Shown here one piece after another: positions 14,701-29,313 of a stretch of 64,000 nucleotides of DNA. This DNA is from the human T2T-CHM13v2.0 reference genome, Homo sapiens: the NCBI RefSeq assembly GCF_009914755.1, contig NC_060927.1, one strand, 5' to 3'. The notes below the pieces were generated by a model. It made no database searches. It was given only the letters and a program-made list of their open reading frames with translations, and was not told the origin of the DNA. The translations under genes were made by a program, and so were the position numbers. Position 1 is the first letter of the stretch; the number at the start of each line of letters is the position of its first letter.

Positions 14701-17031
14701 AGGCATGCTTTATTTTTTTTTAATTCTTTTTTCTTTTGTCTACTCTGTGTATTTTCAAATAGCCTGCCTTCAGGCTCACTAATTCTTTTTTCTGTTTGAT
14801 CAATTCTGCCATTGAAACACTCTGATGCATTCTTCAGTATGTCAATTGCATTTTTCAACTCCAAAATTTCTGCTTGATTCTTTTTAATTATTTCAATCTC
14901 TTTGTTAAATTTATTTGATAGAATTCTAAATTTCTTCTCTGTATGATCTTGAATTTCCTCAGAACTTATTTTGAGTTCTTTGCCTGAAGGGTAACATATT
15001 TTTGTTTCTCCAGGGTTGGTGCCTGGTGACTTATTTAGCTCATTTGGTGAGGCCATGTTTTCCTGGATGGTCTTGTTGCTTGTGGATATTCATCTGTGAC
15101 TAGGCATTGAAAAATTATGTATGTATTACAGTCTTTGCAGTCTGGACTTGTTTGTAATCATCCTCCTTGGGAAGGCTTTGCAGGTATTTGAAAGGACTTG
15201 GGTGTTGTGGTTTCAGCCATATATGCATTGGGGGCCTGTGCCCACTAACACTGTGATTTTTGCAGACTCATAGATGTGCTGCCTTGATAGTCTTGGATAA
15301 GATCTGGAAGAGATCTCTGGATTACCAGGCAGAGACTGTTTTTCTCTTTTACTTTCTCCCAAACGAACAGAGTCTCTCTCTCTCTCTGTTCTGAGCTGCT
15401 TTGAGTGGGTGGTGGTGAGGTGATACAAGCATCCCTGTGACCTCCACCACTGGGATTGCAGTGGATCAGACCTGAAGCCAGCACAGCACTGGGTCTCACC
15501 CAAGGCCCACTGTAACCACTACCTGGCTACTGCCTATGTTCGCTCAATGTCCTAGGGCTCTATAATCAGCAGGTGATGAAGCCATCCAGCCTTGTGTACT
15601 TTCCTTCAGGGCAGAGAGTTCCCCTATGCCCCTTGTCAGGTCCAGAGGTGCCATCTGGGAGCCAGGGACTGGAGTTAAAAACCATGGAAGTCTACTTGGT
15701 GTTCTAGTGTACTGTAGCAGAGCTGGTACTCAAACCACAAGATGCAGTCCTTCCCACTCCTCCTTCCTCTTTCTACAAACAGAGAATCCTCACCCCATGG
15801 CCACTGCCGCCACAGACCCATGAGGAGTATTGCCAGGCTACTGCTGATGTTCCCTTGAGGCCCAAAGGCTCTTTAGTCAGCTTGTGCTGAATGCTGCTTT
15901 CCCTGGGACTCACCCTTCAAGGGATTGGCCTTCTCTGTGGCCCAGAGCAGGTCCAGAAATGCCATCCAAGAGCCACAGCCTAGAATTGTGGACCCCAAGA
16001 GCCCATTTGGTGCTCTACCCCCTGTGGCCAAGCTGGCACTTAAGGTATGAGACAAAGTAACCTTTACTTTTCTGTCTGCTTTTCTCAAGCAGGAGTCTCT
16101 TCCTGTAACCACCACAACTGGGAATGTGCGGAGTCTCACCTAAAGCCAGCGAGTCTCAGAGTCTTACCCAAGGCCCATCAGGTACTATCTGGGTATTACT
16201 TCTGGTTATTCAGGGCCCAGGGGCTCTTCAGTTAGCAGGTGATGGATTGTGCTGGGACTTGGTCTTTTTGTTTAATGCTGCTGGTTCCTTTATGGCCCTG
16301 GGTATGTCTAGAAATGCCATCTGAGAACTAGGGTCTGGAAAGGAGGCCTCATGACTCTGACTGGTTCTTTATCCTGTTGTGACTGAGCTGGTATCCAAGG
16401 TGCAAGACAAAGTTCTCTTTACTCTCTCCCCTCTCCTGAAGTGAAAGGAAGGGGTGTTTTTTGGAGCCATGAACTGTGCAGCCTGGGGTTGGGGAAGGAG
16501 TCACACAAGCACTACTTTAGCCAGCCCAGCTGATGTCTCACTAGGTCATGTGCTCGCCAAATTCACTGGCTCTGAGCCCAGTTTAGCACTAGAACTTGCC
16601 TAGGAGTTGTAGTACTTGTGTCCTAGACTGCCTTTCAAGTTTATTTAGAGCCCCAGAGTACTTTAGCCCGAAGTAGTGAGGCTTGCCAGAAGTCAAGTTC
16701 TAATTGCTGGGATGGGTAATTCCCTTCTGGCTAGGGCTGGTTTAAATGTTCCTTCCATGAGTGGGCATCAGCTGAGTTCAGCCTGGTTTTGCTTTCTGCT
16801 GTGACAGGGCACGATTGAGTTCAATGCAAAGTCTCACGATTGTTGTGCTTAAACTCTTCCAAATGCACAGATTCTTTCTTCACACCATGCAGATGTTGCT
16901 AGCAGATGGGGGAGGGGTGGCATCTGTGACTCAGGAGTCTTTCCTACCCTCTTCAGTGTCTCTTTCAGGGATATGAAGTTAAAACTAGGTGCTGTGAGGG
17001 CTCACCTGATTTTTGGTTCTTATAAAGGTGA

Positions 17032-17068
<37 letters not shown>

Positions 17069-17130
17069 ATAGTTGTTAACTTGGTGTCCTTACAGGACAT
17101 AGGATCATTGGAGCTTTCCACCCCTCTCCC
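11755..17130 (-). mobile_element. Old LINE-1 (L1M1/L1MA-type): 5'UTR, ORF1, spacer and 5' half of ORF2; 3' half missing
   Basis: ORF1 coiled-coil remnant (ORF 14643..15056 -, 'KFNKEIEIIKKNQAEILELKN'). ORF2 post-endonuclease remnant (12763..12981 -, 'TWKLNNMLLNNQWINEKIKKEI'). About 2 kb of L1M-type 5'UTR. Stops inside the RT region at about 11755 with no poly-A. Confidence 0.85.
17034..17066. repeat. (TG)16 microsatellite
   Basis: Perfect TG run seen directly, inside the L1M 5'UTR. Confidence 0.95.
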
Positions 17131-17191
17131 ACAAGTGCAATTTTGTTACATGCATATATCGCACTGTGGTGAAGTCTTGGCTTTTAGTGTA
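17131..17191 (-). mobile_element. Short L1MA1/L1PB-type 3'-end fragment
   Basis: 'acaagtgcaattttgttacatgcatatatcgcactgtggtgaagtcttggcttttagtgta' matches the remembered L1PB4/L1MA1 3' terminus (antisense). Confidence 0.65.
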
Positions 17192-17754
17192 TTTCAGACA
17201 TGTTTAAGTTTGCTTCATTCCCAGAAGGAGGTGGATAGGCTTTCCTGGGCAATTAGGGATGTCGGGGTGGGTGGGGAGCATCTGCTTAACTCCCAGTTTC
17301 CAGGCAGCTTGCTTCAAAATGTTTCCAGACAAATGCATTTCAAAAAGCAATAAATTCTCAGAATAAATTCAGTTCTGAGCATTCCATGGCTGGTTTTTAG
17401 CCCACAATTTCTTTTCCATCTTGCCAAAACAATTTCTGAGGAAAAACTGCGCAATTCAGAGTGATGGCTCAGTGACAGGAGACATTTTTGCCCATGTGAA
17501 GGATCTTCAGATCCTGATTCTAAGCCAGAAGGGCATAGATTTTTTTTCTTAGATTGGCCAGGATGTTTTTGCGGATTTTTCTTTCATTCCCTGTAAACTT
17601 CATCCCCAAATTCTGATACCCTATTGCTGATTTCTTCAGTTTACCAGCAAAAGTTGTATTTGACATTGCCTGCTCTATGTTTATACCATATCTTTAGTCA
17701 TCTGTTTGACTTTGTTGTCTTAATTCTTTAACCTTATATTTTATTACTTATTTC

Positions 17755-18042
<288 letters not shown>

Positions 18043-18328
18043 TTAACTTTAAGTTGAAGAAGAAAAATATGCAAATAATTTTTAACTATAATCTTATTTA
18101 TATTTTACTTTATTTAATAGCATCCCAGAAGAACAGACTGATCTGGTCTTATCATCCATGAGCTTTCTTCATTGTGGATCTCCTCATTCTTCACTCTGTT
18201 TCCCCCACTCTTTCTCTTCTCACCTGTCCTACCTCCTTGGCTCTTTCTTGTTTAGACATCCTTTCTCTATTTTTAATATTCTCTCTTGATTTAATCTGCT
18301 ATGTCTCCTGAGCTTGTTAGGCTCATAG

Positions 18329-19396
18329 TGTCGGGGAACCTGCCCCGATATTCAGGTAGGTTCTTTCCTATTTTCCCTAAGTGTTGGCCGGCTTGAGAAA
18401 TAAAGGGACAGAGTACAAAAGAGATTTATTTTAAAGCTGGGCATCAGGGGGAGACATCACATGTCGGTAGGTTCCACGATGCCCCACAAGCTGCAAAAAC
18501 CAGCAAGTTTTTATTAGGGATTTTCAAAAGGAGAGGGAGTGGGTGAATAGGTGTGGTCACAGACATCAAGTACTTTACAAGGTAATAGAATATCACAAGG
18601 CAAGTGGAGGCAGGGCAAGATCACAGGAACACAGGACTGGGGTGAAATTAAAATTGCTAATGAAGTTTCGGGCACCATTGTCATTGATAACATCTTATCA
18701 GGAGACAGAGTTTTGAGAGCAACCGGTCTGACCAAAATTATTAGGTGGGAATTTCCTCTTCCTAGTAAGCCTGGGAGCACTATGGGAGACTGGGGTCTAT
18801 TTCACCCCTACAGCCTCAACCATAAAAGACGGCCACGCCCAGGGGGGGCTGTTTAGAGACCCACCCCCAGGCACGTATTCTCTTTCCCAGGGATGTTACT
18901 TGCTGAGAAAAAGAATTCAGCGATATTTCTCCCATTTGCTTTTGAAAGAAGAGAAATATGGCTCTGTTCCGCCCGGCTTACTGGCGGTCAGAGTTTAGGG
19001 TTATCTCTCTTATTCCCTGAACAATTGCTGTTATCCTGTTCCTTTTTAAAGGTGCCCAGATTTCATATTGCTCAAACACACATGCTGTACAATTTGTGCA
19101 GTTAATGCAATTATTACAGGGTCCTGAGGCGACATACATCTTACTCAGCTGACAGGATTAAGAGATTAAAGTAAAGACAGGCACAGGAAATCACAAGGGT
19201 ATTGATTGGGGAAGTGATAAGTGTCCATGAAATCTTTATAATTTGTGTTTAGAGATTGCAGTAAAGACAGGCATAAGAAATTATTAAAGTATTAATTTGG
19301 GGAACTAATAAATGTCCATGAAATCTTCACAATCCACATTCTTCTGCCATGGCTTCAGCTGGTCCCTCTGTTTGGGGTCCCTGACTTCCTGCAACA
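18329..19396 (-). mobile_element. MER11 solo LTR (HERV-K HML-8 family)
   Basis: TG...CA termini. Reverse complement begins tgttgcaggaagtcagggacccc (MER11 start). Length 1068 bp. Perfect 6-bp TSD TCATAG (18323-18328 and 19397-19402). Confidence 0.92.
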
Positions 19397-19724
19397 TCAT
19401 AGAATGTTGGAGGTGGCATGTTTTAGAGATCATCTGCCTCAAGACTGTAATTTGGGGGTAGGGGTTTTGAAGCTCAGAGAAGTAACATGATTTACCCAAA
19501 GTCCACTGTAAGGCAGAGGCAGGAATGAGCCTCATCCTCTGCCTTCTGCTCTGGTGCTTCTCTCTGTTGGGTTCTCCTTTCTTTTCTGTTACTCTAAGGC
19601 AGAGCTTGCAGATTGCTAGCTCAGAGGCCATATTTAGCTCATGGGCAAGTTTTGGTTGACCTGCATATAAGTAAAAAAAAAATTTGTTAATATTTAAAAA
19701 TGAGGGACTTCATATGAGGTCTCA

Positions 19725-19985
19725 AGATAGACAGTAGAGTGGTTAAGAGTATGATTCCTAGAGCCAGGAGTCCTAGTTCAAATCCCAAATTTACTAACAG
19801 GTTACTGTGAAAGAATTAACTGACCAAACCATCCCTTGTGTTCTTTATCTGTAAAATAAGATTGATAATAGTCCTTATCTCATTGAGTTGTTAGAGAAAT
19901 AAACAAGGATACATGCAAAGTGCTTAGAACAGTGCCTGGTACATGGCAAGTGCTCTACATGTTTGTTAATCAGCTGCTTTTTATC
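19725..19985 (+). mobile_element. MIR SINE
   Basis: 'gagtggttaagagtatgattcc...tttatctgtaaaataag...aaagtgcttagaacagtgcctggtacatggcaagtgctc'. Confidence 0.75.
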
Positions 19986-20292
19986 ATCATTTCATGCTGC
20001 TGTGTTTCTCACTCAGAATCAGGAGGCTTTGCCCATTGTGTCACCTTCCTGGCCCACTTGCCTGTGTATATACCCTCTGCCCTTGAGGGCCAAACCCTTG
20101 ACTCCATCAAAACCTTTCAGGAACAGTGAAATTTTGTAAAGTTTGTAAGCTCACTCTTATTTGGAGAAATGATCTGTCTGGATCAAAAATCATGTGGAGT
20201 AATACACAGTTAAAAATGTATTGTTGTTACTTGCAGATATGTAGAATAATGCTGTGGTCAGGAGATACTGAGCCAAACTATAGGTTCTAGAG

Positions 20293-20519
20293 CAATGTCC
20301 TTCAAGTTGCAGATGTGGACTCATTGGTGGGAAGAAAAATCATTAAAAAAGTTATGAAAAGATTTAAAAAAGAACTTGAATAAAATATATCATGTTCTAT
20401 GAAATAAGGGCAACATTTTTTCTATGAAACCCTTTTCAATTACATATTCATGTGTTTGGGATAGGCTGTAAAATGCATTTCTTACTGTGAGTCCTCATCA
20501 AAAAGTTAGAAAGCCATTG
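20293..20519. mobile_element. hAT-Charlie MITE (MER112-like)
   Basis: Short terminal inverted repeats caatg...cattg. 8-bp TSD ttctagag / tgctagag matches the hAT target consensus. Confidence 0.65.
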
Positions 20520-21269
20520 TGCTAGAGAATCCTGTATTTTAATAAGTACATTGAAATAATTCCTAACTGACATATTCTTTCAATAGTGTACTTCCTCTAA
20601 AGTCTTCTCTCTCAAGAAGTTTCTTCGTTGTATTATTTATTTGCTTAACAAACCACTTTTTCATAGACACAGGGAAAATTCCATTACCAGGAGACTGCAT
20701 AAGAAAATTGTCATCTAGCAGATTTTCTGATGTGATCTAATTATAACACATTCTTAACAATTATAATATCCTTGTTCAATAAGTGCTTTTTCTGGTTCTT
20801 GTCCATGTGCGTAAGAAAAGTTTGAGACTATGCATGGCTTACATTGTTGGAACAGTGGAGAGGATTTGTCTGTTAACAATTCTTTATTCTACCCTCAGGA
20901 GCAATTTCCTCATCTTACCTCACTCAGTGTTTACTAAGGCCTATATTCTGGCTACCTGGTAATAAATACCTTAAACATTGTGCTGAACTTTCATGACATA
21001 CCCTATTCTTCCTTGTCCTTTTAAGGCTACCCTTTAAATTCGTTGTATCTGATTTCATTTTTATAAACAGAAGGAAGGTGGTCCTGAGCTATTTAAGGTT
21101 GAATTAAGTGTCCATCCTCCAACTTGAATCCTGGAGGCATCCTATTAGATGAAAAAATTAGCCAATTATCCTAAAAATGTATACTTATTTTATAGTTGTA
21201 CTACTATACTGATATGTTATATAAATTACAAAACACATATAAAAGTTGGAGTAAAAAAGGGTGAAATGT

Positions 21270-23468
21270 TATATTGGTTCATTATCACACTGCTATAAAG
21301 AAATACCCAAGACTAGGTAATTTATAAAGGAGAGAGGTTTAATTGACTCACAGTTCTACATGGCTGGGAAGGCCTCAGGAAACTTACAATCATGGTGGAA
21401 AGGGAAGCAAGCACCTTCTTCACAAGGTGGCAGGAGAGAGAAAGAGCAGAAACTGTCACTTATAAAACCATCAAATTTCATGAGAAGTCCCTCACTATCA
21501 CTAGAAATATATAGGGGAAACTGCCCCCATGATCCGACGACCTCCCACTAGGTCCCTCCCTTGACACATGGGGATTACAATTAGAGATGAGATTTGGGTG
21601 GGGACACAGAACCAAACCATATCATTCTGTCCCGGCCCTTCCCAAATCTCATGTATTTCTTACATTTCAAAACACAGTCATGCCTTCCCAACAGTCCCGC
21701 AAGGTCTTAACTCATTCCAGCATTAACCAAAAAGTCCAAGTCCAAAATCTTAACTGAGAAGGCAAGTCCCTTCTGCCTAGGTGTCTGTAAAATCAAAAGC
21801 AAGTTAGTTCCTTCCAAGATACAATAGGGTTACAGGCATTGGATAAATGCTCCCATTCCAAATGGGATAAATTGGCCAAAACAAAGGGGCTATGGGACTC
21901 AGGCAAGTCTGAAATCCAACAGGGCAGTCATTAAATCTTAAGCTCCAAAATAATCTCCTTTGCCTACAAGTCTCACATCCAAGACACACTGATGCAAGGG
22001 GTGGGCTCCCATGACCTGGGGCAGCTGCTTCACAGGATGGGATTGAGTGTCTGTGGCTTTTCCAGGTGCATGGTGCAAGCTGTCAGTAGAGCTACCATTC
22101 TGGGGTGTGGAGGATAGTGTCTTTTTTTTCACAGCTCTGCTAGGCAATGCCCCAGTGGGAGTGCTGTGTGGGGGCTTCAACCCCACATTTCCCTTCCACA
22201 CTACCATAGCAGAGGTTCTCCATGACAGCTGCTCTTCCCTTGCAGCAGACTTCTGCCTGGATATCCAGGAATTTCCATACATCCTCTGAAATCTAGGCAG
22301 AGGTTTCCAAACCTCAATTCTTGACTTCTGAGCACCTGCAGACCCAACACCAAATGGAAGCTGCAAACGACTGGGGCTTGCACCTTCTGAAGCAATGGCC
22401 TGAGCTGTACTTTGGCCCCTTCTAGCCATGCCTGTAGCTGAAGTGGCTGGGGCACAGGGTGCCATGTCCCAAGGCTGCACAGAGCAGCAGGGGCCCCTGG
22501 GTCTAACCCATGAAACCATTTTTCCCTTGTAGGCCTCCAGGCCTGTGATGAGAGGGACTGCTGTGAAGATCTCTGACATGCCCTAGAGACATTTTTCCCA
22601 TTGTCTTGGCATAATATTTGGCTCCTCGTTACTTATGCAGATTTCTTCAGCAGGCTTGAATTTCTCCCCAGGAACTGAGTCTTTCTTTTCTATCTTATGG
22701 TCAGGCTGCAAATTTTCCAAATTTTTTGCTCTCCTTCCTCTTTTAAACATAAGTTCCAATTTGAGATCATCTCTTTCAAGTTCAAATTTCCACAGATCTC
22801 TAGGGCAGGGGCAAAATGTCTCCAGTCTGTTTGCTAAAACAGAGCATGAGTGACCTTTGCTCCAGTTCCCAAGAAGTTCCTTATCTCTATCTGAGACCAT
22901 CTCATCCTGGCATTCACATCACTATCAGCATTTCATTAAAACCATTTAAGTCTCTAGGAAGTCCCAAACTTTCCCACATCTTCCTATCTTCCTCTGAGCC
23001 TTCCAAACTGTTCCAGCCTCTGCCTGTTACCCAGTTCCAAAGTTGCTTCCACGTTTGCAAGTATCTTTATGGTAGTACCTCACTCTGTGCAGTACCAATT
23101 TACTGTATTAGTCTGTTCTTACACTGCTATAAAGAAATACCCAAGACTGGGTAACTTATAAAGGAAAGAGGTTTAATTGACTTACAGTTCCACATGGCTG
23201 GGAAGACCTTAGGAAACTTACAATCATGGCAGAAAGGGAAGCAGACACCTTCTTCACAAGGTGGCAGGAGACAGAATGAGTGCTGAGCAAAGGGAAAAGC
23301 CCCTTATAAATCCAACAGATCTCATGAGAACTCACTCATTATCACGAGAACAGCATGGGGGGATCTGCCACCATGATCTAATCACCTCCCACTAGGTCCC
23401 TCCCTTGACATGTGGGGATTATAATTCGAGAGGAGATTTGGATGGGGACACAGAGTCAAACCACATCA
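21270..23468 (-). mobile_element. Full-length THE1D-like MaLR provirus (LTR-internal-LTR)
   Basis: LTRs at 21270-21624 and 23104-23468, with about 1.48 kb internal region. 5-bp TSD aatgt / gatgt. ORFs 21938..22579 and 22583..22900 (-) are typical MaLR internal ORF remnants. Confidence 0.9.
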
Positions 23469-24076
23469 GATGTCATAAATCATATTTAAAATAGGTTATA
23501 AATTATGAAAATATTTTTTTGCCAATAATAATGATAAATAATATTTTTGTGGTTTAATAGTTGTATTATTTTTAAAACAATGTGATATTGAGAATTAAAG
23601 TTCTAGTTCCAAGCACAATTCAATTCAATACTTAGTTTTAGTGGTATAATGTTATATGTGAAAAATATAACAGATATCAATAAACAGATCCAAATAAAGA
23701 AGTATATTATTCATTGTTATTGCTCTATAAAATGTTTATTCTTAACTCTCATACACCAATCATGCTAGAGTTTTGTTGAAATTCTGTTTGTAATATCCAT
23801 CTTCCCTAAGGCAATTAGTCTTTTAAAAGTCATCAAAATCGGATTCAAAACATATTGAAATACTTCATTTGGAGGATATTTAGCTGGGTTAAGTAATTCT
23901 GTTTCCATGTTCTTAAGTGTGCAGATATGAAAGGTTTTAGAGGTGGTACACATGATTTATAGCAACACAAGCTTTTAATCATGAAAATATTTCTCAATAC
24001 ACATTTTCAGAATCATTTTTTCTAAAATTTTAGAAAAATCAGCCAATTCCTCACTTAACATTGAAGCATAACTTTT

Positions 24077-25115
24077 TAAAAATTGTGATAAGAACACAAC
24101 GTGAAATCTTCTTAACAAATTTTTAAGTGCACAGTGCAGTATTGTTAATTATATGTGCAATGTGTACAGCAAATATCTAGAATTTATTCATCTTGCCTAA
24201 CTGAAACTTTATACTTGAACACATAAGTGTGATCATGCAATATGTCTTCTTTTGTGACTGGCTAATTTAACTCAGCATAATGTCCCCAAGTTTCCTCTTT
24301 GTTACTGTATGTAACAGGGTTTTCCTCATTCAAAGAATTGAATGTGGTATGTATATGCCACATTTTCTTTATCTTTTCATCTGCTGGTGGACATTTAGGT
24401 TGTTTCCATATCTTGCCTATTTAAATACTACTGCAGTAAACATGGAAGTGTTGGTATCTCTTTGAGATCTTGAGTTTAATTCTTATATATCCAGAAATGG
24501 GATTGCTGGATCATACAGTAGTTCCATTGTTAATATTTTTTAGGAATGGCCATACTGTTTTCCATAGTGGTTGCACCATTTTGCATTCCCATCAAGAATG
24601 CTCAAAGGTTCCAATTTCTCCACATCTTCTCCAACATTTGCTATTTTTTAAATCTGTAAAATTCCTTTAAAAAAAGGGAAAAAGCTTCATGATATTGGTC
24701 TAGCCAATTTTTTAAAAATGTGATACCAAAAGCACAAACAACAAAAGTAAAAATCTACAAATGGGACTACATCAAACCAAAAGCTCTGCAGAGGAAATTA
24801 AGCAATCAACAAAATGAAAAGGCAACCTACAAAATGAAAGAAAATACTTGCAAATCATATATGTGATAAAAGAGTTAACATTGAAATATATAAGGAACTA
24901 CTATGACTCGATGAAAAAAATCTTATTAAAAATGTACAAAGGATTTGAATAGACATTTCTCCAAAGAACACATACAAATGGCCAACAGGTATATGACAAA
25001 GTGTGTAATGTCACTAAACATCAGGGAAATGCAAGTTGAAATCACAATAACATCTAATACCTGTTATGATGGCTATTAGAAAACGAAAACAGAAACAAAA
25101 GATACAAAAGATAAG
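24077..25115 (-). mobile_element. Old L1 (L1MA/L1MB) with 5' inversion (twin priming)
   Basis: 3' end antisense at about 24077-24645, adjacent ORF2 segment in sense at about 24650-25115. Flanking repeat tgaagcataactttt (24062-24076) / tggagcatcactttt (25116-25130). Confidence 0.75.
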
Positions 25116-25312
25116 TGGAGCATCACTTTTAATTTGAAGAGACAGATTTTCCTTTCTTTCTTTATTTTAAAAATTATATGCAACAGTGTATTCTACTGAT
25201 AGCCACATAGCATTAAAGAAAAGCTCAACAAATCTGGATCACATGACTTTTTGTAAAAGGAAAATGGGTATCTTATCAGTAAGCGTGACATCTTTTAAGT
25301 ACTTTGTCATAG

Positions 25313-27674
<2,362 letters not shown>

Positions 27675-28679
27675 AAGATCTTGTTTTTGTAAAATCAGTT
27701 ACATCAATGACATTTGGTAGCACTCTGTGCACTTCTTTTTCACCTGCTTTGCTGTATTTTCATCTGCTTTGTCTTTGAACAATGGAGTGCCAAAATTTCA
27801 TGTGATTTGCTCTCTCTACAACTTACTCTGGAAATTATTATTCTTTCTTATTATAGTCAAAGCTGTTACTCCATCAACAAGTAGTTTAAAATTTTTATAC
27901 ATACATTAGAGAAATAATTTATAAGTAGAAAAGATCATTGAATATACTTTTTGTTATTCTCAATAAAGTTAGTGTTTTATATATATTTATTTATATTTAT
28001 ATATATATAAAATCATTGGAAAAAGTCTAGAATACTAGAATATATCATAAGCTGAAAAACAGATATACTTTTATCCAATTGTATAACAAACTTCCCACAC
28101 CAGGTAATATTTATTTCTTTAAATCCTCAAGGTTTTTGTGTCTTCCAATAGTATTTTCTAACAAAAGAATGCATTATAATTTGTACCTGTTTTATTTCCC
28201 AGGTGTTTTATTTTCCAGATGCATTTACTGTAGAAAGAACAATGTTTCCCAATGGTATATAGTTTTTCTTTAATCCTTAGGTAGGAGATTAAATATTTAT
28301 TACATATTTAATGAAATATTGTGAAGTCCTGGGTTAGTTATTGCATGATACTTTGAACCACTATTAAAAAAACCTGTTGATATTTGTCTTCATAATTCTG
28401 TATGGTGATTTATGCCTTAGTAATTTTGATGGCTTTAAAATGATCATTAATATTTTAAAGTACAAAATCTACTTAGAGAAAGACTAATCTTTAAAGATAG
28501 TGGATATAAACTATATTTCATAGAGTCTTCTTGATAATTTTGAATCATTTTATGCAATTAATGTCAGGGTAAATGGCCGTTGTTTTTACCACATCATATG
28601 GCTGACAAAGAACTTATTGAAATACATCTATAAAGTATAACATTATCTTGTTTCCTTACATTGTTTGAGGCAACCCATT

Positions 28680-28990
28680 TAAAAATTTATGTATAACTTT
28701 ATTATGAAATTTTATACACATAGACAAAAATAGAACATAATGAACCTGATGTGCTTATCTTCCAGCTTCAATAATTATCACTGTATGGCATATCTTATTT
28801 CATCTATGCCTCCCTACTTACCTATACTTCAGATTATTTTAAATCAATTTCTAGACAACATATAATTTTATCTATATGGTTCAGTGCATATCTTTAAAAA
28901 TGATTGTAATACTGACTACATACAAAATTAACAATAAATTTCCAATATTATTAAATATTTAATGTTCAATTTTTTTCTCATTGTTTATAA
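28680..28990 (-). mobile_element. L1MC-type 3' fragment
   Basis: 'tttattatgaaattttatacacatagac...aatgaacc...ccagcttcaataattatc' resembles the L1MC 3' end. Confidence 0.5.
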
Positions 28991-29313
28991 TTTTATTTAT
29001 ATTTTTGAATATAGAAGCAATGGGCTCAAGATACATTTTGAGGATAGATTCTACACTAGTTTCTGTTTGATTGGTTTAATGGTGGAGAAAAGAGAGAGGA
29101 ATTTGAAGGTGAAACAATTTTCTAGGGGGGTCGTATACTTAAATGAGGACGACTGTAGAGGTAGATTTGGGTGAGAAGATAAAGCATTCAGCTGTGGAAA
29201 TATCAAGACGGAAACAACATGTTAACATTTGGATGAATAAGCCTGTAACTCAAAAAAGGGGTTGTGGTTTAGAGACATAGATTTGGAAATATATATATCA
29301 TAGATAATATTTA

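Noticed and set aside
19170-19330. ~90-bp-period internal duplication (gtaaagacaggca...tgtccatgaaatct twice)
   Set aside because: Lies inside MER11 and is, as I recall, part of the family consensus.
21938-22579. 213-aa ORF
   Set aside because: MaLR (THE1) internal remnant with no sign of domestication.
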